DNA of 64,000 nt from Hyaloraphidium curvatum SAG 235-1 (Eukaryota; Fungi; Monoblepharomycota): assembly GCA_025558095.1 (NCBI GenBank), contig JAIVFI010000007.1:558001-622000 (forward strand), in the 5' to 3' direction. This document shows positions 37,288 through 47,224 of the stretch, piece by piece. A program made the translations under genes and the position numbers. A model generated the notes under the pieces. It saw only the letters and a program-made list of their open reading frames with translations, was not told the DNA's origin and made no database searches. Each line of letters starts with the position of its first letter. The first letter of the stretch is position 1.

Positions 37288-38404
37288 CTACATCTTCGAC
37301 TTGCTGGCCTTAGAGTCCTCGGCCGCGAACCACTTCTCAAAGGCCGGGATGATGGCGCCCCTGACAATGTCCCGCACGTTGTCCGCCTCGTACATGGCAA
37401 AGTGGTCGCAGTCCTTCTCCTTGGGCAGCACGTGCATGGCCTTCTCCCCGCCTATGCGGTCGTAGAGCTGCTTGGCGTGCGCGGGAGGGAGCACCGCGTC
37501 GGCCTCGGACGAAACGAAGATGGCGTTCTTTGCTAGGGGTGCGACGGCGCGGAGGAGGTCGGGAGGGAACTGCGAGGTTTCCTCGAGGAATGAGCCGGGG
37601 ACGGAGGTGACAGCGGGGCCCGAGGCGAGCGATTTGCGCTGGGCTTCCGAGCTGCGGGGCGATCGGGACATGGGTGAGTTTCAGGCAGCCTTCAGAGCTT
37701 CAACAAACCCACCGCTGCTTGGACCGTTCGTCCATCCGCATGATCCGGTCCCGCGCGACGGGCTCGCTCGTCCCCTCGAGCACATTCCGTCGGCGCTCGG
37801 CCTCCATGATTTTCCTCAGATCCAGCGCCTGTGCTGCCCGCTTGGCTTTCTCCTCGGCCGACACCGCGGCCGCCTCGGCCTTGGCCTCGGGGCTTCCAGG
37901 GGGCGGCGCAACGCCACTGGCCACCACCGCGATGCACTTTATGCGGCGGTCGATGGCCTGCAGGAACACCGACGTCAGCCCGCCGAAGGAGATGCCGTAG
38001 GCGGCCAGCCGGTTGGGGTCCACGTGTTCGTGCAGGGAAAGGTAGGTCGCAGCGGCCTGCGCGTCGAGCACGCGCGAGAAGGGGGCGAGGCGGTTCGGGT
38101 ACGGAGCCGGCTGCGAATCGCCCCAGCCTGGTACGAAGGCGTAAATCAGCGAAGCGAAGAGGCCCGTCGACGACCAGAGCCCACCCTTGAAGTCGAAAGT
38201 CACGCAGATGTAGCGCCCGGCCCGGCAGAGTTCCGCCGCCATTCCGGGCAGGTACATGTCCCTCGTCCCCATGTAACCCGTGATCAGAACAATGCCCGGT
38301 CGGCGTTCGCCCGGAGCGAGGTCGCCCGGGAGGAACAGAGTCGCTCCCAAGCGGTACCCCTCCGAGTAGAAGGTCACGTCCTTCGTGACCACTTCGGAGG
38401 TCAT
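37288..38404 (-). CDS. alpha/beta-fold hydrolase (S9/S15-like, bacterial-like)
   Basis: VTFYSEGYRLGATLFLP, FDFKG|WGDS, nucleophile elbow GISFGG, SEADAV and CDHF candidate Asp/His; two introns. Confidence 0.8.
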
Positions 38405-38674
38405 GGCGTTGGAGTCGCGCGAGCACAAGTGGACAACGCGAGTCACGGGCCGGATTTGAGGCAGATAGCGCGTTGGGAGACGTTGAGTTAGGAGACGTGG
38501 ATGACCCTTGACTTCCGATCGCAGGCGCCCGGGGATGCATGCGTCTATGACTAGTAGAGGACCAGCAAAACGCAGATCATTTCTTGCTCTTCGAAAGCTA
38601 TTGTCAGCTGCTCTCTCAAGACCTAGAGTTACTCCTCGTCGTGCTCAGCCCCGTAGGCGGCTAGCTTTGCGTCA

Positions 38675-40237
38675 TCAAAAGTCTCTCCATTTAGATTCCG
38701 GGTAGATCACGCGAATGACTGGAGCGGTGAGAAGGGAGGTGATGATGGCCATAAGCACCATTACTGCGAAGACAGGCCCGTTTATGGTGCCGTTCCCGAG
38801 GCCGACGTTGAGGACGACCAGCTCTACGAGGCCTTTGGTGTTGAGCAAAACGCCCTGGGGAGTCGTGAGAACCTGGAGAGATGGAAAACCAAAATCCGGA
38901 CTCACGATGGCGCAAGATTCCCTCCAAGGAATCTTTTGGAGCCTGGCTGCCACGGTGGCTCCGATGAACTTTCCGGCACACGCACAAACCGTCACAAGAA
39001 CCACCATGGCCCACGCCATGCCCGTATTGAGATCTTGGATGTTGGTGTTGAGTCCTGATAGGCAGAAGTAGACCGGAAGGAAAACCACGATCAAAAGGTC
39101 GTGCAACTTCGCAACGATCTCCCTGGCGAAGCCGTTCGTGCGCGGCATTGCGACTCCCGTCCAAAAGGCGCCAAAAATGCAGTCCGCACCGATGAACTCG
39201 GTAATCCATCCATTCAGGATTGCGAGCATGCAGGCAAGAGCCAGGGTTTCAAGCGTCAGATACGATTGCCCGAATTCTTCCACGGCTTTACCATCCCGCA
39301 CGGTGGTGCCATCAGGACCTCGAAGCCAAATCTCCATGGGGTGCTCCTCACTGGGAACAACATCGCTCTTCAAAACTTCGTTGTCCTTCTTCTGCGTCTC
39401 CACGTCGTCAGGCTTGGTGGTCGTCTCGGCGACGTCCAGGGCAGATCGCTTTCGGGGACAAAAGATGCCGCATCCACGGCGTCCCGGGTCGAAGTACCAC
39501 TTTAGGCCCCAGTCCAGAGCCGGCCTCACGGCAAGCATGAGCGCCACTACAAGCCCCACGATGCACAGCAAAGTGTACAGCGCGTTGATCGGCGTGCCGG
39601 TCAGGCTTGTAAGGGAAACAACGACAGCTAGCAGGCACCACGCAACCATATCGTCGGCCACTGCAGAGGCCAGCGCGGCGACGCCTACAGCGGTCCCACC
39701 GATGCCCAGCTCCCCCAGAAGCCGTGCAAGCACCGGCAAGGCCGAGATCGACATCGCCACGGCGATGAAGAAAGCGAAAACGCCGAAGCTGGTTGTCTGA
39801 TCCTGCGGTGGCATCAGGTTGTTCCAGAGGGGCACGGCAACAGCGAACCCGAGGCCCATGGGAAGAATGATGGACCCCAAGCTGACAACCACCGAGCGGA
39901 CGCCAAGCGATTTGAGGTGCTTGAAGTCAAGGTCGCAGCCGACCGAGAATAGGAACAAAACTAGGCCGAGGTTTGCAATCCCGGTGAGCGTGTTCGAGAC
40001 GGTCGCAGGCGGAAAGATGGTGGCACTAAAGCCGGGAATGGCTCCCATTGCGGTTGGTCCTAGAAGAATCCCGCCGATGACCTCAGCCATGACGTCCGGC
40101 TGCCGAAACAGCCTCATAACGAGGGCCACGACGCGAGTGAAGGACAGGATAAGAAGGAGCTGGACGAAAAGGAGCTCGACGGCGTTGGCCGTGACGCCAT
40201 CGCCGTCAAACACGCTGTTCGTCGCTCCCGTCGACAT
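38675..40237 (-). CDS. CPA2 cation/H+ antiporter (Kha1/CHX-like), lacking C-terminal tail
   Basis: QPDVMAEVIGGILLGPT, SALPVLARLL, ADDMVAW, IFGAF, LLNTKGLVELVVLNVG; in-frame short intron ~38904-38857. Confidence 0.88.
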   Translation of the reverse strand: MSTGATNSVFDGDGVTANAVELLFVQLLLILSFTRVVALVMRLFRQPDVMAEVIGGILLGPTAMGAIPGFSATIFPPATVSNTLTGIANLGLVLFLFSVGCDLDFKHLKSLGVRSVVVSLGSIILPMGLGFAVAVPLWNNLMPPQDQTTSFGVFAFFIAVAMSISALPVLARLLGELGIGGTAVGVAALASAVADDMVAWCLLAVVVSLTSLTGTPINALYTLLCIVGLVVALMLAVRPALDWGLKWYFDPGRRGCGIFCPRKRSALDVAETTTKPDDVETQKKDNEVLKSDVVPSEEHPMEIWLRGPDGTTVRDGKAVEEFGQSYLTLETLALACMLAILNGWITEFIGADCIFGAFWTGVAMPRTNGFAREIVAKLHDLLIVVFLPVYFCLSGLNTNIQDLNTGMAWAMVVLVTVCACAGKFIGATVAARLQKIPWRESCAIVSPDFGFPSLQVLTTPQGVLLNTKGLVELVVLNVGLGNGTINGPVFAVMVLMAIITSLLTAPVIRVIYPESKWRDF

Positions 40238-41384
40238 TCCGAAGGCGAGACCCCGTGTGCTGGGGCGCGAGAGCGATTGGGATGTCAGGGGATCGCTGGG
40301 GACGCAAGGGACGCAATCGATCAAAATGCCGCCGCGGGCCAAGCACACCGGGCAGGCATCAGGAAATCCGTGGAGCAGCTCCGAAACGTGCAAGAACCAC
40401 TAAAGTGCTACTACTCCAGCAGGCAGACAAAGATCGGCTACTGTACACGCCCTACGTGACTGCGATCAAGCAAGATCGTCCAGAAGCGAACGCTCGTCCA
40501 TCATCCCAGCGCCAAGTTCCAGCACTATGTCCATCCATGTTCAAGTTTCTGACTGTCGAAGTGTCCGCGAAGCAAATCGATTGCTCGCCGCTCAGAGCTT
40601 GGGCGATGCCCAGCTCATCCCCTCCCCATCCACGTTGATCTTCCCCCCCTTGCGCTCGATCTCCTCGTCGCCGTCATCGCGGTCCGGCGTGGTCTCCGGG
40701 AGCCGCGTGTCGTCGAAGGTGGACGGGGGATCCAGATCCGGCTTCTCCTGCTTGGAGTCCTTCTGCGGGTCCTCCTGCGGAGCGTCGTCGGATCCAGAGT
40801 CGGGGAGCGGAAGCGAGAGCAGGTGCGAGACAAAGGGGTCGTACTCTTGCTCCGTGCTGTCGGCAAAGGAGCGTGTGCGAGCTGTGAGCGATCCCCTCTA
40901 GCACCGCGGAAGCCCGGCTTCACAGACCTCCCCGAGCCCGAGCCCCACACTCTGCCCTCCGGGAATGGCTCTTCGGACACGCAGCAGTTCGCATGCGGCG
41001 GTTCCGGGGCGTAGGAGCGGTCGCCTTCCATTGTTTCGGGTGTTTGGGTTGTATGACGTGTCGTTTGGCCGACTCGACCTGCCATCACTTCCGGTGTCTT
41101 TCTGTCCTCCGATCACATCCTGCTGTGCCCGCGAATGAAGAAATGATGAAGCGAAATTTATATTGTTTGCTATATGGTTCTTTTCCGATCGGTCGGTTCG
41201 GCTCAGCAGGCTTTACCATCCGCCTCATCAGCAGGCCCAGGGATGGCCAGTCCCCGGTTCCGCTGCCGGCTTCGCGCTCCGCACAACCTCGCTCCACCTC
41301 CCGACTCCTTCCATGTTCGAGCTCGTTCCTTCTGGTCCTTGCGGGACCGCCCCGGCGACGTGGATCCGCGCCGGGGTCGCGGAC

Positions 41385-41407
41385 GGGGGGGGGGGGGGGG
41401 GGGGGGG
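41385..41407. repeat. poly-G homopolymer (23 nt)
   Basis: Run of G from 41385 to 41407. Confidence 0.9.
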
Positions 41408-41441
41408 AAAGAAGGGGGGAGGGCTCCTGCTGTTGCTTCCT

Positions 41442-43322
41442 TCAATCGTCGTCTTCGTGTGCCCGGCCGCGCAGGTCTCGCGCCGGGCCTCGAGTGTCCC
41501 TCCTCACTGCGCAGCATGCGCACAACCCTCGCACCGGCGCTTCCTCAGGGAAGCCAGTTTCCCCAGGGACGGGGACGGGTCGGGGCCCTTGGGACCATCC
41601 CGTTTCTCCCGTTTCCGAGCCACCGGCTTGCAGCTCCAACGCGTTTGCGTCCGTAAGCTGCGCCGGGGCTCCCATCAACGTGGCTTCCTCCTCCGATGCG
41701 GGCTCGGCGGCGACGGTCGGCACCGCGCTCCTCCTAGCCACGGGGATCCGAGAAGGCTTTGCGTCCTGTGCCACCGTGCGCGTCGGCGGCTGCGGGGCCG
41801 GCAGGCTCGCCAACGCCTTCGTCGGGCGAGGCAGGCGGGAAGCCCTCGCCCGTTCAGTCTTCCCTGCACGCCTCCGCAGAACCGGGATCCTCGAGGGCTT
41901 CCCGATCACGACGAGCGCGCTCCCCGAAGCCATCAGCCTTCCCTGGGCAAGGGGCGGGCGGGGGATGCACGACGGCTTGAGCTGCCGAGCCTCCTCCGCG
42001 CCCGTGCCGCCGGCATGCGTCTCCTCCGCGTCCGCGTTCGTCCGCGGTGCCGGCGGTCCCACTGGCTGGTGCTCTGCCTCCTCCAATGCGTCCTCGGCGG
42101 CGAGGTCGGCGGCGGCCTGCTCCATAAGGTCGAATAAGTCGAGCTGGAGGAGGTTCTGCTTCTGCTGCTCCTCCCACGCCGCCCTCGTCGGCTCCAGGCG
42201 CGGCTGGTCATGCAGCGCGAGCCCGCAGTCCATGTCGTCCGATGCGGCGCCGCCAGAGAGGCCCACTGTCTTCTCCAGAGCGAGAAACGCCGCCAAATTG
42301 CTGCTCTACACGCGGCACTCCACATCCCAGTCCGCGACCATGAGCTTCAGGCGGGGCTCGTCCTGCAGCGCGCTGCTCCCGATCTCGACGGACTCGTACT
42401 CGGACGAACCGCTCCCGGCCTCGTGTGCCACGTCCGCAAGGAACGCATCGGCTACCATGTCGGCTTGCACGATGCTCCCAATGACGGCGACGGGCTTGAC
42501 CGGGGACAGGTCCTGCGGAGACCTGCCCTGCAGCGCGTCCGAACCCGACTGGCTGTCCTGGTCCCCCTGCGCCCCGGCTTCCGCAACGGCTTGCACAAAG
42601 GGCGCGGCGACGACCTCGATCTCAACCCGAGCCTGCATCCCGGCTTCGGCACGGGCTTGCACGAAGGATGCAGCGCTCGTCTCGATCCCAACGTCCGGTT
42701 CCTCGTCGGCGACGGGCAGGCCGGCTTCCGCGCTGGCTTGCACGGCGGCCCCGTCGTCGAACTCGTGCGCGGCATCGCTCAGCTCGCCCATGAGGGCGTC
42801 GGGCTGGGAGCATGCGTGCGCATCGATGCGGGTCTCCTGGGGGTTGGCGACCTCGGACGCGCTCAGGGCAACGTCCTCGCGCTGCGTGGTGTCCTCGACG
42901 AACATCTCCTGCACCCCGACTGCATCCTGCTGCTCCGCGGGAGCGGCGGCGAGCAGGTCTGCGGTGCTGCCGACGACCAGCGTCTCGGCGCTTTCCTGCG
43001 CGGCGGGGCCCGTGATGGGCACAGCGCCGATGCAGGCGGTTGTGACCTCGAGCGCGGGAGCCGGGCGCGAGGCACGGGTGGGCGGCGGCGCGGCGGGGGC
43101 GGTGCCCGTTTCGCCAAACAGAGACGTGCGGGCGGGCATAGTCTCCGCGATTATCGCGACGCCGCCGATCAGGTAGATACTGGCGGAAAGATCGTCCGAG
43201 GCGCCCCGGCGGGCGGGCGCGGAGCCTTCCTTGCGGTTGCGAAGAGCTTCTTCAGCGGGGCCGCGACCTTGCGCAAAACGCGGCGGGCGGCGCCCCCGAG
43301 CGAGCGCACACGGCGGGGCATG
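41442..43322 (-). pseudogene. Ala/Glu-rich low-complexity gene interrupted by in-frame TAG and probable 5' frameshift
   Basis: ORFs 43889-42306 and 42296-41442 are in the same frame, separated only by TAG 42308-42306; the ATG at 43322 opens a different frame; internal VQAxAEAG repeats. Confidence 0.5.
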
Positions 43323-44402
43323 TTCGCCTTCGAAGTCGCTTCGCGGCTGCGTGCAGCGGAGGCGGCGGTGCGGCGGCAATGCGAGGTCCGTGCGGGCGTG
43401 ATTGCAGCGAACTTGCAGTGCCAAACATTGCCCGGCGCGCCACGCGCTCAATAGCACGGCTCCAGTCACCCGCCGTCCCCTGCCATCCCTCGCCCTTTCC
43501 CGGGCCCGCAGGCGGAAGCAGAGAGCCGAGACGGCGTCGGGAGACCGACACGTCATCGGCCAGGCGCGATGGCCGGTCCGGCGCCGGGATTCGCGGCGGG
43601 AGGAGCGCGTGCGGTGCCCCGTCCCCACTTGAATCCCAGACGGGCATTCGAGGCCGAACCGCGTTCTCCGCAAACCATCGAGCACGATCCGAGGTCGGAA
43701 CAATCGACCACGTGATTGCACGTCCCCGGGCGCCCGGATTCGCCAAGGAGCACCCCAAAATACGACCGGAGGTGTCCCGCTGAATGTGAGCTCGAATCGG
43801 ATGGCGAAATGCACAGAAAATGGTCCGATCTGCTCCTTTCCGAGGCTTCGCGAGGTCCTGAGAGGCCGTGTGGTGCGAGACGGTCTCACATTCGACTCTG
43901 GCAGGGCGATCGAAGTGTCCCTGCCTTCACCGGATGGAGGCCGCCCTACATCAATCTAGATGCCATTCGAAACCAGCGACGACCTCGTGGCCTCTGGAAT
44001 CAGTTTCCGAAGGCCGAGGAGGGTCAGGGACACGTCCAGCAACCTGCCACCTTCCAGTCAAGCTGCACAGGCTCAGCGAGGCTCCAGTCTAGTCAACGAC
44101 TCCGGATCCGGCCGCATAAAATACGCTGTTCTCAACCGGCCCGGGCAATCCGCGAATGAGAAGGTTCCGGTTCCCGAATTCGAGTCGCGAGCCCGCCTGG
44201 TCGGTTCGAGTGGCTCCGCGGAAGGCCGCCCGCCGGTGCCATGCACGGGCCCTCCGAGGTCGCCGCATTGGATCCATCCTTCCTGCCTGTCGCGTGAATA
44301 GATCGTAGGTACTGCTCGGTTGCGGCGCGTCTTCGGAGTCGGAGGTCGTGAGGACATCAATCAAACACGCGGCCAGCACATTCCGCCCTGTCCCCCGCGG
44401 CC

Positions 44403-46103
44403 ATGCACGGCCGCTTCCCTATCGCCCGGCAGCGCCCGCCCGACGGCGATGCGGGCGACGACCCCGCGCGGCCGCGGCTGCCTGCACGCCTGGGCCAGCC
44501 GCGCCCGCGGCCGGAGGTGTACGGCCCGCACGGGGTCGCGCGGCCCGGAGACCGCGCTGCGGAACGGCGCGTGCCGCTTCCCAACCGGGAGGCCGATTTA
44601 AGGCCCGCGGACTTGACTGCGGATGACTTGAGCGGCGGCCTGGAGGAGGAGGAGGCACGGGAGCGCCCCGCCAAGCGCGCCCGGCTCGCGACCCCGGACA
44701 TCCCCGCGTGGGCCTTCCACGCGCCATATCTCTCGACGCGAGGGGCGCCGCCGCTGCACGCGCTGCTCTCGCTCTCGCAGCTCGCCCCGCCGCCCGCGCA
44801 GCGCCGCCTGCAGCTCGCGCTGACCACGCTGCGGTGGCGGGCAACCGATCTCTCCCTCCTCAGGCGCTTCCCGACGGCGCACGGCCGCGCGCCGGGGATG
44901 CTGTGCCTGGACATAGAGGCCGCCGAGGGGCGCTACCTGCTGGGCGGCGCGGGCGACGGCGGCGTGCGGCTGTGGGACCTGGAAGACTGCGTGGAGGAGG
45001 CGCCCTCGCGGACGGGGGCCTCACGGACAGCAGGCACCGCAGCGGCCGGCCCTGCGCTGCCCCGCCGCACATTCCGCCTCGTCGCGCAGGCCGAGCGCAA
45101 CTACGGCCACCGCAACGCCGTGGCCTCGCTGCAGTGGTACCCCGTCGACAACGGCCTCTTCGTCACGGGCTCCGCCGACGGCTTCGTCAAGGCCTGGGAC
45201 GCCGAGAACATGCAACCCGCCGCGGAATGGGACATGGGCGGGCCGGTCAACGCCGTGGCCATGTCGCCGGCGGGGCAGCACGGCACCGTGGCCGTGGGCT
45301 CCGCGTCGGCGCAGGTGCGGCTGTGCGACCTCCGCACGGGGTCGTCGGCGCACACGCTGCTGGGGCACTCGGCGGCGAGCTCCAGCGGCGCGGTGCTGGC
45401 GGCGAAATGGCACCCCGTGCACCCGCACCTGCTCGCGACGGGGGGCAAGGACAGGACGGTGCGGCTGTGGGACGTGCGCCGGGCGCGGGCCTGCGTGGCC
45501 GTGCTGGACAAGGACAACCGCGCCGACCCGGACTCGCAATCCGTCCTCCTCCCCTCCTCCACCGACCCCGTCGTGTCGCACTCGGGCGCCGTCACCTCCC
45601 TCCTCTTCCTCCCCCCCTCTGGCCGCGTGCTCCTCTCCACCGGCTCCGACGGCCGCCCGCGCGCGTGGCAAGTCGACGCCTCGCGCCCCGAGCGCGCGCA
45701 CAACAGCATGGCCAACTTCGGGCCGCACCTCTCCACCTCGTCCAAGCCGTGCCAGCCGTGCGCCACCCCGGAGACGGAGTGCTCCCCGCCGCTGGCGTTC
45801 CTCCCCGGCGCCGAGGAAGGGGAGATCCTCGCGTTCGACCTGCTCCTTTCCGGCCCCGGCCCGCGGCTGCGCGCAAGGCTGAGGGCGCACCTGGGGAGGT
45901 GCGCGGCCATGTGCGTGAGGCCGGGGAGGGGCGAGATGTACTCTGCAGGGGCGGACGGGGCGGTGCTGTGCTGGTGCTACCGGGGGGACAGGGACGAGGT
46001 CGAGGGGATGGAGGAGGAGGAGGCGCGGGCTGAGATCGGGGCCGAGGCGAGGGGGGGGAGGCTGGGGGATCTGTTCCGGGATTCGTGGTCGGACGAGGAT
46101 TGA
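44403..46103 (+). CDS. ERCC8: WD40 protein CSA/ERCC8 (Rad28)-like
   Basis: LDIEAAEGRYLLGGAGDG, GHRNAVASLQWYPVDNGLFVTGSAD, VRLCDLRTGSSAHTLLGH, VRLWDVRRA match the CSA family. Confidence 0.85.
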   Translation: MHGRFPIARQRPPDGDAGDDPARPRLPARLGQPRPRPEVYGPHGVARPGDRAAERRVPLPNREADLRPADLTADDLSGGLEEEEARERPAKRARLATPDIPAWAFHAPYLSTRGAPPLHALLSLSQLAPPPAQRRLQLALTTLRWRATDLSLLRRFPTAHGRAPGMLCLDIEAAEGRYLLGGAGDGGVRLWDLEDCVEEAPSRTGASRTAGTAAAGPALPRRTFRLVAQAERNYGHRNAVASLQWYPVDNGLFVTGSADGFVKAWDAENMQPAAEWDMGGPVNAVAMSPAGQHGTVAVGSASAQVRLCDLRTGSSAHTLLGHSAASSSGAVLAAKWHPVHPHLLATGGKDRTVRLWDVRRARACVAVLDKDNRADPDSQSVLLPSSTDPVVSHSGAVTSLLFLPPSGRVLLSTGSDGRPRAWQVDASRPERAHNSMANFGPHLSTSSKPCQPCATPETECSPPLAFLPGAEEGEILAFDLLLSGPGPRLRARLRAHLGRCAAMCVRPGRGEMYSAGADGAVLCWCYRGDRDEVEGMEEEEARAEIGAEARGGRLGDLFRDSWSDED

Positions 46104-46201
46104 GCGGTGGTGGCGGCGTGTGGGATGTCGCGCGTCGGGCGGCACACGGCGATGCCGACCAATGAGGATACCCATTCTCTCTCTTTTCGGTCTAGGGAGG
46201 C

Positions 46202-47029
46202 CTACGGAGCCAATCGGACCATCTTCCAACCCTCGCCGTCCCGCTCGTACGCGATCCGGTCGTGCAGCCTGCTCGACCTCCCCTGCCAGAACTCGAACCT
46301 CTCCGGCACCACCGCGTACCCGCCCCAAAACTCGGGCCTGGGCACCTCCCCCTCCTCGCCGAACCGCTCCGCCATCCCCGCCACGATCTTCTCCAGCTCC
46401 GCCCTCCCGCCGGGCAGCTCCCGCGACTGCGGCGACGACCACGCGCCGATCCTGCTCCCCCTCGGCCTGGAGGCAAAGTACGCGTCCGAGTCCTCCGCGG
46501 GCACCTTTTCCGCGCTCCCTTCGATGCGAACCTGCCGTTGGCCCCAGTGGAACAGCAGCGCGCACCGCGGGTTCTCGGCCAGGTCGCGGGCCTTGCGCGA
46601 GGTGTAGTTCGTGAAGAAGGTGAATGCCCCTTGGTGGCCGGGGGAGGGCAGCACCATCTCCTTGAGCAGCACGATGCGCGAGCTGGGCATGCCCCCCGGG
46701 GCGCAGGTGGAGAGCGCCATGGCGTTGGGCTCAAAGTCCGGGAAGGCGGGCGGGTGCATGCGGGCGTCGGCGAACCACGCCGCGAACTGCGCGAACGGGT
46801 CCGGCGCGGCGGACGCCTCGTCGAGCGTGGCGGCGGTGTAGTCGAGGCGGAGGTCGTGCAGCGCGACCTTGGCGGGCGGCGGCGTGGCGGGCGCGCCGTT
46901 GGGCGACGCCATCGCGTGGGTGCGGAGCGCGGCGGGGCGCGTAAGGCGGAGAGCAGTAATGCGATGGAGTCGATGGAGGCAGAATGTTCGTATCGGCCGA
47001 TGCGAGGTCGCCAGAAGGCCGCGGACCAT
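46202..47029 (-). CDS. pdxH: pyridoxine/pyridoxamine 5'-phosphate oxidase
   Basis: PNAMALST, SRIVLLK, FFTNYTSRK, YFASRPRGSRIGAWSSPQS, EFWQGRSSRLHDR, RLAP; in-frame ATGs at 47029 and 46912. Confidence 0.95.
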   Translation of the reverse strand: MVRGLLATSHRPIRTFCLHRLHRITALRLTRPAALRTHAMASPNGAPATPPPAKVALHDLRLDYTAATLDEASAAPDPFAQFAAWFADARMHPPAFPDFEPNAMALSTCAPGGMPSSRIVLLKEMVLPSPGHQGAFTFFTNYTSRKARDLAENPRCALLFHWGQRQVRIEGSAEKVPAEDSDAYFASRPRGSRIGAWSSPQSRELPGGRAELEKIVAGMAERFGEEGEVPRPEFWGGYAVVPERFEFWQGRSSRLHDRIAYERDGEGWKMVRLAP

Positions 47030-47224
47030 CGATCGGGCTCGATCTGTGTTTACGCGCGTCGCTGGCGGCGGGCGTCGAATCTCAAACACCCTGGTACAAC
47101 AACGAATCCCCCGGCAACTCCCGCAACGCCGCATCTCTCCCGCCGGGGATCCGTCTCCAAAGCACCCGCCACTCCCATCGGCACCGCCGCCCCCGCGATC
47201 CGCGGCCAGCAGGCCCCGCCCGCC

